Positions 10,078 to 20,915 of a stretch of DNA of 64,000 nt are shown here, in pieces. How positions within the stretch are numbered: the stretch's first letter is position 1; every line of letters begins with the position of its first letter. The DNA comes from Desulfatiglandales bacterium. GTDB lineage: Bacteria > Desulfobacterota > DSM-4660 > Desulfatiglandales > HGW-15. A model generated the notes under the pieces. The model was not told the origin of the DNA and ran no database searches. It worked only from the letters and a program-made list of their open reading frames with translations. The stretch is from NCBI GenBank assembly GCA_963667015.2, contig CAXXJJ010000004.1, positions 704,001 through 768,000 of the forward strand, written 5' to 3'. A program made the position numbers and the translations under genes.

Positions 10078-10280
10078 CACCACACTGTATATAATATTAT
10101 CCTGTTTTTTAAATATGTTATCCCATTTTTATCTCAAATCATTCATCCTTGTATCGGCGACAAATTACCGACATTCTGATTATTATCATGACACTTTATC
10201 AGCCATGCCAATTATTACTTGAAATAAATAATCATTATTATATATTTCAACATCTTAAATTCCAATTATGAGGATAAATT

Positions 10281-11036
10281 ATGAAAATTGCAGTCAGTGG
10301 CAAGGGTGGCGTAGGAAAAACAACATTTTCATCTTTTCTGATAAAGGCTCTTGCTGAAAGCGGGAAAAAAGTTCTTGCGATTGACGCTGATCCGGATGCG
10401 AACCTTGCTCAGGCGCTCGGTGTTGAAAAAGATGCGGAAATAATTCCCATATCTGAAATGAAGGAAATCATTGAAGAAAGAACCGAGGCAAAGACCGGTA
10501 CAATGGGGTCATTTTTCAAACTCAACCCCAAGGTTGATGACCTTCCTGAAAAATTATCCATCAAACTGGACAATATCAAGCTTATGGTCCTTGGCGGTGT
10601 AAAAACGGGCGGAAGCGGATGTATCTGCCCTGAGAGCACAATGCTCAAAGCCCTTGTAAGGCATATTGTCCTGGCCAGGGATGAAGCTGTTGTCCTTGAT
10701 ATGGAGGCAGGCCTCGAGCATCTTGGCAGAGGAACCGCAATGGCGGTTGACAGGCTCATTGTGGTGGTTGAACCGGGCAGAAGGAGCGTTGAGACTGCTC
10801 ATCACATACAGCAGCTCGCAGGTGATATAGGTATTAAAAAACTGAGCTTTGTCGGTAACAAGATACGGAGTGAAAAGGATAAGGAATTTTTCTCAAAATA
10901 TATGCCGGATTTTGATTTTTTAGGTTATATACCATTTGCAGGAGAAATTATTGAAGCAGACCTTGAAGGCAGACCTCCGTTTGAAAAGGATCCTGAAGGA
11001 CTGAAGGCTGTTAAAGAAATGCTGAAGAAATTATAA
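10281..11036 (+). CDS. cooC: CooC/AcsF family nickel-insertion ATPase
   Basis: GKGGVGKTT deviant Walker A, DADPDANL, GCIC(P) Ni-binding motif, DMEAGLEHLGRGT. Confidence 0.9.
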   Translation: MKIAVSGKGGVGKTTFSSFLIKALAESGKKVLAIDADPDANLAQALGVEKDAEIIPISEMKEIIEERTEAKTGTMGSFFKLNPKVDDLPEKLSIKLDNIKLMVLGGVKTGGSGCICPESTMLKALVRHIVLARDEAVVLDMEAGLEHLGRGTAMAVDRLIVVVEPGRRSVETAHHIQQLAGDIGIKKLSFVGNKIRSEKDKEFFSKYMPDFDFLGYIPFAGEIIEADLEGRPPFEKDPEGLKAVKEMLKKL

Positions 11037-11058
11037 AAATTCAGGTAATATGTTGAAT

Positions 11059-11079
11059 GGGCACGGGGGCCGTGCCCCT
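11059..11079. repeat. REP-like palindrome
   Basis: gggcacgg-ggg-ccgtgccc; a similar copy lies at 27144. Confidence 0.55.
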
Positions 11080-11128
11080 TTATAGAACCACTATAAGAAA
11101 ATACTACAATCGTATGAAGGAGATATAA

Positions 11129-12214
11129 ATGACAAAGAGAATTTTTAATTTTAACGCGGGACCGTCAGCATTGCCGCTCCCCGTACTTGAAGAAATAAAA
11201 GAAGAATTCCTTGATTTCAAGGGATCAGGGATGTCCATAACAGAAATCAGCCACAGATCGGCAGCCTTTGATGAAGTCATTGATACAGCAATAGCACGGG
11301 TTAAGAGGCTTCTAAATCTTGGCGATGACTATGAAGTGCTTTTCCTCCAGGGCGGAGCGAGCATGCAGTTCTGCATGATCCCCATGAACCTTGGTGTTGC
11401 AGGAAAACCGGTTGACTATATCAACACCGGAACATGGTCAACAAAGGCTATAAAAGAAGCCAAAATTCAGGGACTGGATACAAGGGTCCTGGCCTCTTCA
11501 GAGGATAAAAATTTTTCATATATTCCCTATGATGTAATAGAAGACGGCAGCGCAGCATATCTGCATTTTACATCAAACAATACAATCAAGGGTACACAGT
11601 GGGCAAAATTCCCGGATGCCAATGGCGTCCCTCTTGTATGCGACATGTCGTCTGATTTTATGAGCAGACCTTTTGATGCAAAACCATTCGGAATGATCTA
11701 CGGCGGTGCACAAAAGAATATCGGACCTTCCGGCGCTGCAATGGTAATCATCAGGAAAGATATGCTTGAGAGAACACCCCAAAATATTCCGACGTTCCTC
11801 AAGTATACCACCTTTTCAGAAAAGAACTCTATGTTCAACACGCCTCCCTGTTTTGTAATATATGTAACAGGTCTGGTTCTCAAATGGATAGAGGAAACCA
11901 TAGGCGGGCTTGAAAACATGGATAAAAGGAATACCGAAAAGGCTGACACTCTTTACAACTTTATTGACAGCTCTGATTTTTATAATGGTACGGCAGAAAA
12001 GGACAGCAGGTCCAAGATGAACGTTACCTTCAGGCTGCCAGGTGAAGAACTTGAAAAGAAATTTGTGGCAGAGGCCTTAAAGGCTGATCTGGGCGGACTC
12101 AAGGGCCATCGATCTGTTGGGGGATGCAGGGCATCTATATATAATGCAACCACTATCGAGGCAGTAAAGAGTCTGGTTGAATTCATGTCCGACTTTGAAA
12201 AGAAAGAGGGATAA
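11129..12214 (+). CDS. serC: Phosphoserine aminotransferase
   Basis: [24 protein letters not shown] (PLP lysine), [16 protein letters not shown]. Confidence 0.97.
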   Translation: MTKRIFNFNAGPSALPLPVLEEIKEEFLDFKGSGMSITEISHRSAAFDEVIDTAIARVKRLLNLGDDYEVLFLQGGASMQFCMIPMNLGVAGKPVDYINTGTWSTKAIKEAKIQGLDTRVLASSEDKNFSYIPYDVIEDGSAAYLHFTSNNTIKGTQWAKFPDANGVPLVCDMSSDFMSRPFDAKPFGMIYGGAQKNIGPSGAAMVIIRKDMLERTPQNIPTFLKYTTFSEKNSMFNTPPCFVIYVTGLVLKWIEETIGGLENMDKRNTEKADTLYNFIDSSDFYNGTAEKDSRSKMNVTFRLPGEELEKKFVAEALKADLGGLKGHRSVGGCRASIYNATTIEAVKSLVEFMSDFEKKEG

Positions 12215-12216
12215 AT

Positions 12217-13608
12217 TTGAAGCGAACAAGGATCGTTCAGGTTCTTTCCTTTGATGAGGGAAAGGACAATATCACGGTAATGGGATGGGTCAGGACCCGA
12301 AGAGATTCCAAGGGCGGATTCTCATTTATTGAAGTCAATGACGGCTCATGCCTAAATAACCTTCAGGTTATTGCTGACTCAGCCCTTCCAAATTACCAGG
12401 ATGAAATACTCAAGATCCAGACAGGCTGTTCCATCAAAATAACAGGATCTGTAGTCCCTTCGCAGGGCAAGGGTCAGAAGGTGGAAATGCAGGCTGAAAG
12501 CATTGAAGTCATGGGCTGGGCTGATCCTGATACATATCCCCTGCAGAAAAAAAGGCACTCCTTTGAATTTTTAAGGACAATTGCCCACCTGAGGCCACGA
12601 ACCAATACCTTTGGAGCAATTGCCAGGGTGCGTAATGCAATGGCCAGGGCAATACACAATTATTTCCAGGAAAGAGGCTTTCTTTATATACACACCCCTA
12701 TCCTTACGGGCAGTGACTGTGAAGGTGCCGGCGACATGTTCAGGGTAACCAGGTTTGAACTGGATAAAATTCCCTACAAGGACGGTAAACCGGATTTTGA
12801 CCAGGATTTTTTCGGTGCGCCCTCTCACCTTACAGTAAGCGGCCAGCTTGAGGCAGAGATATATGCCCTTGCAATGGGAGATGTATATACATTCGGTCCT
12901 ACATTCAGGGCTGAAAATTCCAACACATCACGTCACCTGGCAGAGTTCTGGATGATAGAGCCCGAGATGTCCTTCTGTGATATCGAGGGCAACATCGAGG
13001 TTGCAACAGAGTTTATCAAGTATGTCTTAAAATACGTGCTTGATAACTGTCAGGAGGACATGAACCTCTTTAACAGCTTTATTGACAAGACCATTATTGA
13101 TACGCTCGAAAGAATTGTCACGCAGGATTTTAAGACCCTCTCCTATACAGAGGCCATTGATATCCTGACAGCATCGGGTGAAATATTTGAATTCCCTGTA
13201 AGATGGGGAACTGACCTCCAGGCAGAGCACGAAAGGTATTTGTGTGAAAAGACCTTTAACAGACCGGTTGTGCTGATTGATTATCCAAGAGAGATCAAGG
13301 CCTTTTACATGAAACTCAATGATGACAATAAAACCGTCAGGGCCATGGATGTACTCTTTCCCAAGATTGGTGAGATCATAGGGGGAAGCCAGAGAGAGGA
13401 TGATTATGATGTGCTCCTTTCGAGGATAAAGGAAGGCGGCCTGAACCCTGATGATTACTGGTGGTACCTGGAACTGAGAAAGTTCGGCACAGTCCCCCAT
13501 TCAGGATTTGGACTGGGCTTTGAAAGGCTGATCCAGTTTGTGACAGGCATGGGTAATATAAGAGATGTTATCCCCTTTCCCCGAACTCCCGGAAATATCG
13601 CATTCTAA
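12217..13608 (+). CDS. asnS: Asparagine--tRNA ligase
   Basis: [57 protein letters not shown]. Confidence 0.97.
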   Translation: MKRTRIVQVLSFDEGKDNITVMGWVRTRRDSKGGFSFIEVNDGSCLNNLQVIADSALPNYQDEILKIQTGCSIKITGSVVPSQGKGQKVEMQAESIEVMGWADPDTYPLQKKRHSFEFLRTIAHLRPRTNTFGAIARVRNAMARAIHNYFQERGFLYIHTPILTGSDCEGAGDMFRVTRFELDKIPYKDGKPDFDQDFFGAPSHLTVSGQLEAEIYALAMGDVYTFGPTFRAENSNTSRHLAEFWMIEPEMSFCDIEGNIEVATEFIKYVLKYVLDNCQEDMNLFNSFIDKTIIDTLERIVTQDFKTLSYTEAIDILTASGEIFEFPVRWGTDLQAEHERYLCEKTFNRPVVLIDYPREIKAFYMKLNDDNKTVRAMDVLFPKIGEIIGGSQREDDYDVLLSRIKEGGLNPDDYWWYLELRKFGTVPHSGFGLGFERLIQFVTGMGNIRDVIPFPRTPGNIAF

Positions 13609-13841
13609 AACAGGTTCATAGAGGATAATGGTCACAATGTGATCTTTAAACTTTTCCGGTAGATAGACCTTTCATACTCTTTTACAGAACCTGATAATGA
13701 GGCTTTATCATGTCCGACTCTCAACAGCATGACATCCAATTTCCCTTCTGTTTTCGTTTTTAACGTGTATTAAAATTGCCATGTGTTATGCATACTTATG
13801 AATCAAGGTAAATTATTTTATAAAATCTCCCGGAGTTGAAG

Positions 13842-15779
13842 ATGACTGGAAAATTAACCCATGAAGAAAACAGCATGAATGAGAATCGCCCCTGGTATAA
13901 ACCTGTTCTTGATACAATCAGTGAAGGTGTTATTTTACAGACTGAATCAGGTGAAATATTAGCCATGAATAAGGGAGCAGAAAAAATACTGGGGATTTCC
14001 GAGGCAGAAGCTGTAGGACAGAACCGTGGATACAAGGATCTTCTTTTTATACACGAAGACGGCACAAGCTATGAAATTAAAGATTACCCATCCATAAAGA
14101 CCCTGCGTACGGGTAAATCTTTTAGGAATGAGATAATGGGGATATACAGATCTCCTGACGATCTGCGGTGGGTTTCAGTCAATACAAATCCATTGTTTAA
14201 AACAGATAATGTGAAGCCATATGCCGTGGTAATCTCATTTTCCGATGTAACAGATTTAAAAGTAGAAAAAGATACATCCCAAAATTACCTTGATATAGCC
14301 GGTGTAATTATTGTAGCCATGAACAGTGAGGGAGAAATCATACTTATCAACAGAAAAGGATGCGAACTGCTTGGAGCCAGGGAAACCGATTTACTGGGCA
14401 AAAACTGGTTTGACCTGTTTACCCCAAAGGATGTACTTGCGGATGTAAAACAATATTATAAGGACATTATTGCCTCCCGAATTAAGTGGGATAGCTATAG
14501 AGAGTATAAGATATTTACCCTTTCGGGTGCTGAAAAAACAATCGCCTGGAACCATACATGCCTCATGGGCAAAGAAGGTAACATTATCGGCACACTCAGT
14601 TCCGGAGAAGATATCACAGAAAAAAAGAGAGCAGAGGAAGAACTGGAAAGGCGAATAGAATTTGAGAGGTTGATCGGCAAAATATCTTCCGATCTGCTCA
14701 AGTTAAGATTGAAGGATCTGGACAAAGGTATCGAACAGGGACTGGCACTAATAGGGTCTTTTTCAGGTGTTGACCGTGCTTATGTTTTTTTATTCCATAA
14801 AGATGAACTTGCTGATAATACGCACGAGTGGTGTGCTGAAGGGATTGAACCTCAGATTGATAACCTGAAGGGAATTTCAATAAAAGAAGATCTCCCATGG
14901 TTTAATAAATGTATCCACATGCATGATGTCTTTAAAATAGAGGATGTTTCGGCTATGCCAGGGGATGCTGCGGCAGAACGAGAACACTTTGAACTGCAGG
15001 GAATCCAGTCTATAATAGTTGTACCAATGGTTGTTGAAGATCGTTTAATCGGTTTTATCGGATTTGACGCGGTTACCAAAAAAAAGAAATGGTCAAATAA
15101 TGAACAGGCCGTACTTCATCTGATCGGAGAGGTTTTCACAAACGCAATTGATCGAAAATGGGCGGAGGAAGAACTGCAGGAAAGTGAAAACCGATGGCAG
15201 TTTGCACTGGAGGGTGCAGGAGATGGTGTCTGGGACTGGAATGCCGTGACAAACAGGGTGTTTTTTTCCAGAAGATGGAAAGAGATGCTTGGGTTCTCGG
15301 AAAACGAAATCGGTGATGCATTCGATGAATGGGATTCGCGTGTTCACCCCGATGACAGGACCTCAGTGTATGCTGATTTAAATGCCCATTTTAATGGGGA
15401 AAGTGATATCTATCAAAATGAATATCGTGTGCGGTGTAAAGACGGCTGCTATAAGTGGATTTTAGACCGAGGCAAGGTTATTGAATGGACAGATGATGGA
15501 AAACCTCTTCGTGTTATAGGAACTCACAGCGATATTTCTGATCGTAAAAAGTGGGATATGGAGCGTGAAAAACTGATAGGCGAACTGAAGGATGCTCTGG
15601 ATCAGGTTAAAACCCTGAGCGGTCTGCTGCCTATCTGTGCAAACTGCAAAAAGATACGCGATGACAAGGGTTACTGGAACCAGATCGAGACATATTTATA
15701 TGAACATTCTCAGGCCGAGTTCAGTCACAGTATCTGCCCTGAATGTGCAAAAAAATTATATCCGGATCTGGACATATAG
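13842..15779 (+). CDS. PAS-PAS-GAF-PAS sensor with C-terminal four-Cys domain and no kinase domain
   Basis: PAS/PAC repeats and a GAF domain (NTHEWCAEG..GFIGFD); ends LSGLLPICANCKKIRDDKGYW..FSHSICPEC. Confidence 0.85.
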   Translation: MTGKLTHEENSMNENRPWYKPVLDTISEGVILQTESGEILAMNKGAEKILGISEAEAVGQNRGYKDLLFIHEDGTSYEIKDYPSIKTLRTGKSFRNEIMGIYRSPDDLRWVSVNTNPLFKTDNVKPYAVVISFSDVTDLKVEKDTSQNYLDIAGVIIVAMNSEGEIILINRKGCELLGARETDLLGKNWFDLFTPKDVLADVKQYYKDIIASRIKWDSYREYKIFTLSGAEKTIAWNHTCLMGKEGNIIGTLSSGEDITEKKRAEEELERRIEFERLIGKISSDLLKLRLKDLDKGIEQGLALIGSFSGVDRAYVFLFHKDELADNTHEWCAEGIEPQIDNLKGISIKEDLPWFNKCIHMHDVFKIEDVSAMPGDAAAEREHFELQGIQSIIVVPMVVEDRLIGFIGFDAVTKKKKWSNNEQAVLHLIGEVFTNAIDRKWAEEELQESENRWQFALEGAGDGVWDWNAVTNRVFFSRRWKEMLGFSENEIGDAFDEWDSRVHPDDRTSVYADLNAHFNGESDIYQNEYRVRCKDGCYKWILDRGKVIEWTDDGKPLRVIGTHSDISDRKKWDMEREKLIGELKDALDQVKTLSGLLPICANCKKIRDDKGYWNQIETYLYEHSQAEFSHSICPECAKKLYPDLDI

Positions 15780-15843
15780 ATACAGGACCTGAAGAGAAAA
15801 TTGACACCCCCTTAATAATATATTTAAAAGGCCGGCAGTAGCG

Positions 15844-16557
15844 ATGGGATTGATAATTTTCCTGATTATCATCTGTTCATTAACCTATTCTTTTGAGATT
15901 ATTTTCGGGCTGGCCGGCACAATCATCATGATGCCGATCCTTGGGTTTGCATTTGAAAGCAAGACTCTTGTTATCTATTCGCTCCTGCCACAGATGCTGG
16001 TTACAACGATAGCGTTAAGCAAATCATATCGCAAGATCAATATAAAAGAATGGGCTATGATGATGGTGTCAGCGACAATAGGCGCAATACTTGGAAGCTA
16101 TTTATTTGGCTCTATACCCAATGATATCTTTAAAAGAATGCTGGCAGCAATTATCGTTCTAAGCGGTATATACATGGTGATATCTCCCGGTTTTAAAGCC
16201 GGCATAAAGACACGGAGGGTAATGGATTTATGTGCAGGTCTCTCCCATTCACTCTTTGGCATCAGCGGACCTATTGTCATGACCAGACTGCTCGGGACAT
16301 TTGAGGATAAGACGGTAATAAGAAACGGCGCCCTGCTCTTTTTTTTCAGCCTTAACATCATTCGTGCAATCAATTACCAGATAAATAATTTAATCACACC
16401 GGAGATCTGGAAAATGTTCGCTGTTTCGGCCCCTTTTCTTTTTGCGGTCCTGTTCTTTGCCGAAAAGCTGCATTTTAAAATCAGTGATCAAAAATTCAAA
16501 AAAGTTGTTTCATGGGTAATCCTGTTAAGCGGAGCAATTTATTTCTTTTACAGATAA
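15844..16557 (+). CDS. TauE/SafE (TSUP) family membrane transporter
   Basis: 237 aa, about 8 hydrophobic segments, IFGLAGTII and LFGISGP repeats. Confidence 0.75.
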   Translation: MGLIIFLIIICSLTYSFEIIFGLAGTIIMMPILGFAFESKTLVIYSLLPQMLVTTIALSKSYRKINIKEWAMMMVSATIGAILGSYLFGSIPNDIFKRMLAAIIVLSGIYMVISPGFKAGIKTRRVMDLCAGLSHSLFGISGPIVMTRLLGTFEDKTVIRNGALLFFFSLNIIRAINYQINNLITPEIWKMFAVSAPFLFAVLFFAEKLHFKISDQKFKKVVSWVILLSGAIYFFYR

Positions 16558-16783
16558 AAGGAAAGCAGCCTTCTACATTGGATTGTCGCTTTTGTTTATA
16601 TCCTGTGTAGAAGGGGATACCTTCTTCCTTTAAGTTGATAAAAATTCCGGTTTTCACGTTGTTTTTATGCTGTTCATCCTTTGCCTTTCTTACCCAAAAA
16701 GAGTAATATAGCCCGAAAACTGTATAAGAATATATACAACATTAATCTGACCTGATCCCTTTATACCAGAGGAGGAATTTTGA

Positions 16784-19162
16784 ATGGCTGATTTAGCAGG
16801 AGTAAACGGACAAAGAGAAAATTTCAGGGTTGTAGGAAAACCTAACCTTCCGGGCAGGCTGTCATACGCCTTGGCAACAGGTATAGCAAAATACGGGGCT
16901 GATTATACTGCTCCGGACATGCTCCATGCAAAATTTTTAAGAAGCCCCTACGCAAACGCCAGAATAATAAGTATTGATACGGGAAAGGCAAAAAAGATAC
17001 CTGGAGTAATTGATATCCTTACCTGGGAAGATGAGGATATAAAAAACCTGATGGAAACCGGCGAGATGATGTCGGGGCCGCTCAAACCGATTATTGTCGA
17101 CTCAGCCGACCAGGAAGGTGCAGAGATCGGGGCAATTGTTGTGGCCGAGTCCGAAGACATATGTGATGAGGCATTGAGAAATCTCGACATAGAATGGGAA
17201 CAGCTTCCGCACGTTGTGGATATCCTTGAAGGAAGAAAACCCGGTTCCCCGGTTATTCGCCCCCCTGCCCCCAGCTCCAAGAGCCCTTCCGGAGGATTCG
17301 GAATGAGAGGAGGAAATAACCCTCCTAAAAAAGGCAACGTTTCCTATTCAAATATAAATGCCGGAGATGTTGAAGCAGGTTTCCGGGATGCGGATCATAT
17401 TATAGAATATGATGTAAACATACCTTCCTTTTCCGGACATATTCCAAACCCCATAGGCTCCATTGCCTGGTGGTTTCAGAACACCTACCACGGTGAGGGA
17501 CTGAACCTGCAGATCGAAGGTGTAAGCACCCCCAATGATCCAGGCACAATATCAAACATGTATAATGTGCCTTCCGACAAGGTCTTTCAGGATTGCATGC
17601 TGGTTGGCGGAAGGTACTGCGACTGGGGACTTCGCAAATCACAGCTCATAACCCCGCTGCTCGCAAAGAGGACGGGAAGACCGGTCCGGTGTGTCAACAG
17701 CCGCTATGACCAGTATGACTTCAACCTGAATCAGCGTTTCATGCACATGAAGGTCGGATTTAAAAAGAACGGCCTGATCACGGCAATTGACGATTTTTCA
17801 ATAGCGGATTCAGGCGTAGAAGGCAGTTCTATTTTCGGCACTACAATGGACCAGAACTATGGCCCGTATTTTACCACCAGGTGCCAGAATGTTAAACAGA
17901 ATATGGATGTTGTGGACAGTAACAGGGGAAAGATGTATGTGAGCGGTCAGCATAATCCAATGAACTGGGATTCCATAACCCTGGCAATACATCTTATAGC
18001 CGATAAACTTGGTAAAGACCCCATAGACATTGCCAGGCTGAATTTACATGGTCCCGAATCACAGACTGACCCCAACCCTGTGCCCAGTTTTGAGGCATGC
18101 GTAAAGGCTGCCAAAAAGATGATGAACTGGAAATGGCATAATACGGGAGAAAAGAAGCTTAAAGACGGCAGGATGCACGGAGCAAGCTTCAGATACCAGC
18201 AGTGTCCGCGACATTCGGGCATGGTCTTTAACTGCAAACTGGAGCTGAGAAACGGGGTTGTACATCTTGATTCCAAGGGTCCGGTTGTAGGCAACTATAT
18301 CATGGAGGCAAATATGATGGTTGTGGCCGAAGAGCTCGGCCTGAACTACGAGGATATCAAAGGCAAACTGGATCACCATGAGACATATAAACCATGGGGC
18401 GGAGGCAGTGACGGAACAACTGCTTCCGGATGGGCACTGAAGGAATGCGCAAATATATTGAAAAAACAGATCCTTGAAAAGGCCGTTGAGGAGGCAGATA
18501 CCCCTGCCCCCCAAGGCGGGATCAGCATAGGCGGGGCAAAAAAGCCTGTCCCCAGTCCCTTTAAGGGAATGAATCCCGAAGACCTCGACCTGATGGACGG
18601 AAAGGTAGTGGTCAAAAATAATCCGGCAACAGGCCTCCCGCTGGCACAGGCTGTTAAGGCAAATCTTTTTGCAACCTATTCGGGCAGACCGCCACTTTCT
18701 CTATGGAATCAGAGAGGTAAAATGCTGGATACCATGAACGTTGCAATGTGCGAGGTTGCAGTAGACACAGAAACCGGCGAAGTTGAAATACTCCGGTTTG
18801 GCGTGGTTGCAGATCCGGGCAAAATCATGCGCCGCACATCCCTAGAAAGCCAGATACACCAGGTAATGTATTTCAGCGAAGGCTGCCAGTTATATGAGGA
18901 TTATTTCTATGACAATAAAACCGGTGTCAAACTCAGCACTAACATGTTCGAGTATAAAAAACCCACCATCATGGATCACGCACCTGTCCACCTGGAGCTG
19001 CTGGAAACCAGGGTGGGAAACGCGGCATATGGCTCAAACGGCATCAGCCATTCCCTGGCAAACACCCACCTTGTCATTGCTGCAATCTATAACGCCACAG
19101 GTAAATGGGTTGATCCGCCAGCTACACCGGACAAGGTTCTGGAGGCACTGGGTAAAGTATAG
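16784..19162 (+). CDS. Divergent xanthine dehydrogenase-family molybdopterin-binding subunit
   Basis: ATGIAKYGAD..MLHAKFLRSPYANARI N-terminus, EVAVDTETGEVEI, and C-terminal AAIYNATG..PATPDKVL; active-site motifs are non-canonical. Confidence 0.85.
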   Translation: MADLAGVNGQRENFRVVGKPNLPGRLSYALATGIAKYGADYTAPDMLHAKFLRSPYANARIISIDTGKAKKIPGVIDILTWEDEDIKNLMETGEMMSGPLKPIIVDSADQEGAEIGAIVVAESEDICDEALRNLDIEWEQLPHVVDILEGRKPGSPVIRPPAPSSKSPSGGFGMRGGNNPPKKGNVSYSNINAGDVEAGFRDADHIIEYDVNIPSFSGHIPNPIGSIAWWFQNTYHGEGLNLQIEGVSTPNDPGTISNMYNVPSDKVFQDCMLVGGRYCDWGLRKSQLITPLLAKRTGRPVRCVNSRYDQYDFNLNQRFMHMKVGFKKNGLITAIDDFSIADSGVEGSSIFGTTMDQNYGPYFTTRCQNVKQNMDVVDSNRGKMYVSGQHNPMNWDSITLAIHLIADKLGKDPIDIARLNLHGPESQTDPNPVPSFEACVKAAKKMMNWKWHNTGEKKLKDGRMHGASFRYQQCPRHSGMVFNCKLELRNGVVHLDSKGPVVGNYIMEANMMVVAEELGLNYEDIKGKLDHHETYKPWGGGSDGTTASGWALKECANILKKQILEKAVEEADTPAPQGGISIGGAKKPVPSPFKGMNPEDLDLMDGKVVVKNNPATGLPLAQAVKANLFATYSGRPPLSLWNQRGKMLDTMNVAMCEVAVDTETGEVEILRFGVVADPGKIMRRTSLESQIHQVMYFSEGCQLYEDYFYDNKTGVKLSTNMFEYKKPTIMDHAPVHLELLETRVGNAAYGSNGISHSLANTHLVIAAIYNATGKWVDPPATPDKVLEALGKV

Positions 19163-19182
19163 AAAAAAGGAGATCTGGAAAG

Positions 19183-19593
19183 ATGGATGAATCTAAATAT
19201 GGTAAATATATAGTCAGGGGAGTAGCCAGTAAAGAATCCATGCCTGGAGTTATGCCTTCTGCCTTTGGAGAACCTCGTGACTGGGCAGGCATAAAGCATC
19301 GCATGAAATGGGATTATATTTCTAAACCGATACAAATTGAAGAGCCACACTCCCATGACTTTGAGGAATTTCTTTGCTTTATGGGAACAAACCCAAATAA
19401 CAAGGAAGACTTTGGTGCCGAAATAGAGGTATTCATGGGTAAAGAGGGAGAAAAACAGGTTATCGATACGCCTGCTGTGGTTGTAATCCCAAAAGGAATG
19501 GCGCATAGTCCTATCAACTTTAAAAAGGTCGAAAAACCGATAATTTATTGCAGCATCTATATGTCACAGGAATACGTTAAGAAACCGGCATAA
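19183..19593 (+). CDS. Cupin-like protein
   Basis: PHSHDFEEFLCF and IPKGMAHSP correspond to the two His-containing cupin motifs. Confidence 0.7.
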   Translation: MDESKYGKYIVRGVASKESMPGVMPSAFGEPRDWAGIKHRMKWDYISKPIQIEEPHSHDFEEFLCFMGTNPNNKEDFGAEIEVFMGKEGEKQVIDTPAVVVIPKGMAHSPINFKKVEKPIIYCSIYMSQEYVKKPA

Positions 19594-19642
19594 TGGCATT
19601 TTTACGCCTGTTACCTGTCATTAAATGATGAAGGAGAACACA

Positions 19643-20080
19643 ATGGATAAATCCAGATACGATAAATATGTACTCCGGGGACCAGAAACTACAATCCCAG
19701 TCTTCCCGCCCAAAGCTCTCTTGAACATCGGATTCGATCAGAAATATATGGAAAAGCTAGGCAGGATAGATATAAATTTTAATTTCGTTGGTATACTCGG
19801 TCCCCATGTATTGGCTGACCCGCCTCACATGCATAATTGTGATGAATACCTCTTTTTCATACCGTCAGACTGTGATAACTGGCCGGATCTCGGAGGAGAA
19901 GCCGAGATAGCCATCGGAGAGGAGTGGGAGAAGCATACCATTACCACGGCCGCAATTATATGCATGCCTGCCGGTGTGCTGCATGCCCCCATTTTTATAA
20001 AAAAAGTAGACAAGCCTTTCTTTTTCGGCCACTGTCTTCTTGCGGACAGTTACGGATCAAGCCAGTTCGATGCGCTTTGA
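19643..20080 (+). CDS. Cupin-like protein, paralog of the preceding gene
   Basis: PHMHNCDEYLFF and MPAGVLHAP; AAGGAG RBS before MDKSRY. Confidence 0.7.
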   Translation: MDKSRYDKYVLRGPETTIPVFPPKALLNIGFDQKYMEKLGRIDINFNFVGILGPHVLADPPHMHNCDEYLFFIPSDCDNWPDLGGEAEIAIGEEWEKHTITTAAIICMPAGVLHAPIFIKKVDKPFFFGHCLLADSYGSSQFDAL

Positions 20081-20084
20081 GATC

Positions 20085-20555
20085 CTATTTTTTCTCAGGT
20101 CCATATATTTTGTCTATTGCCTCGTCAATAGCCTGATTTGAATCTACCCATTTTTTGAAATCTATCCTGGACATATTAGTAGCGATCTTTTTCAATTCCT
20201 TTACAAGTTCCTGCTCGATTGTCTTTTGAAATTTTTGGGCCTGCTTTGCAACTGTGATGAGGACACGTCGCCTGTTGCCAGGGTCCTGCTTTCTCTCAAG
20301 AACACCTTTTACGACGATTCTTTCAACCAGGGTAGACGCTGATGACTTTGAAATCCTCAATGTTTCTGCAACATCGGACAGGGTACACGGACAGATCCTG
20401 CTTATTTTAAATACTGCCTGGGTCTGGGTGTTTGTGAGTTCGCCAAAGGGGTCTTTCATGCGGTGGCGTTTACCGATACTCTGAAATTTTAAAAATAAAA
20501 TTCCATCCAGTTTTTCCATTACCCTTATGATATCCTTGATATCTTCGTTCATCAT
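20085..20555 (-). CDS. MarR family transcriptional regulator
   Basis: Winged HTH TLSDVAETLRISKSSASTLVERIV..LERKQDPGNRRRV. Confidence 0.9.
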   Translation of the reverse strand: MMNEDIKDIIRVMEKLDGILFLKFQSIGKRHRMKDPFGELTNTQTQAVFKISRICPCTLSDVAETLRISKSSASTLVERIVVKGVLERKQDPGNRRRVLITVAKQAQKFQKTIEQELVKELKKIATNMSRIDFKKWVDSNQAIDEAIDKIYGPEKK

Positions 20556-20794
20556 ATTCCTTATGTGTATCTACTCCAGTTTTTCACGGCAGCAGGCCAT
20601 CCAGATTAATATAATTTTTCTCCCCTTCACAGATTGTTTGGTTTTGTTGCTGTATATCAGTGATCATTAATATTTGGGAGAGACTTTAAGGTTTATATTC
20701 AATAGTTCGAGGATAGGCTCATAAACTTTGCGTGTCAAGTCAAATGTAACTGTACATAGATATATGCCTTTGCCACACTTCACAGGGTTTATAA

Positions 20795-20845
20795 TTGACA
20801 GACCTTTTAAAGTACGTTATCAATACTGTTCGTAATCAGAACAGT
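20795..20845 (+). promoter_or_regulatory. Sigma70-type promoter with adjacent palindromic operator (probably MarR)
   Basis: TTGACA-N17-TATCAA (20795-20823) followed by ACTGTTC-gtaatca-GAACAGT (20825-20845). Confidence 0.6.
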
Positions 20846-20915
20846 TCTTTACCCAGATGATAATTCTATCAATTTAAAAAAAATTTATTAATCATTTTAT
20901 ATCGGAGGAGTCCTT

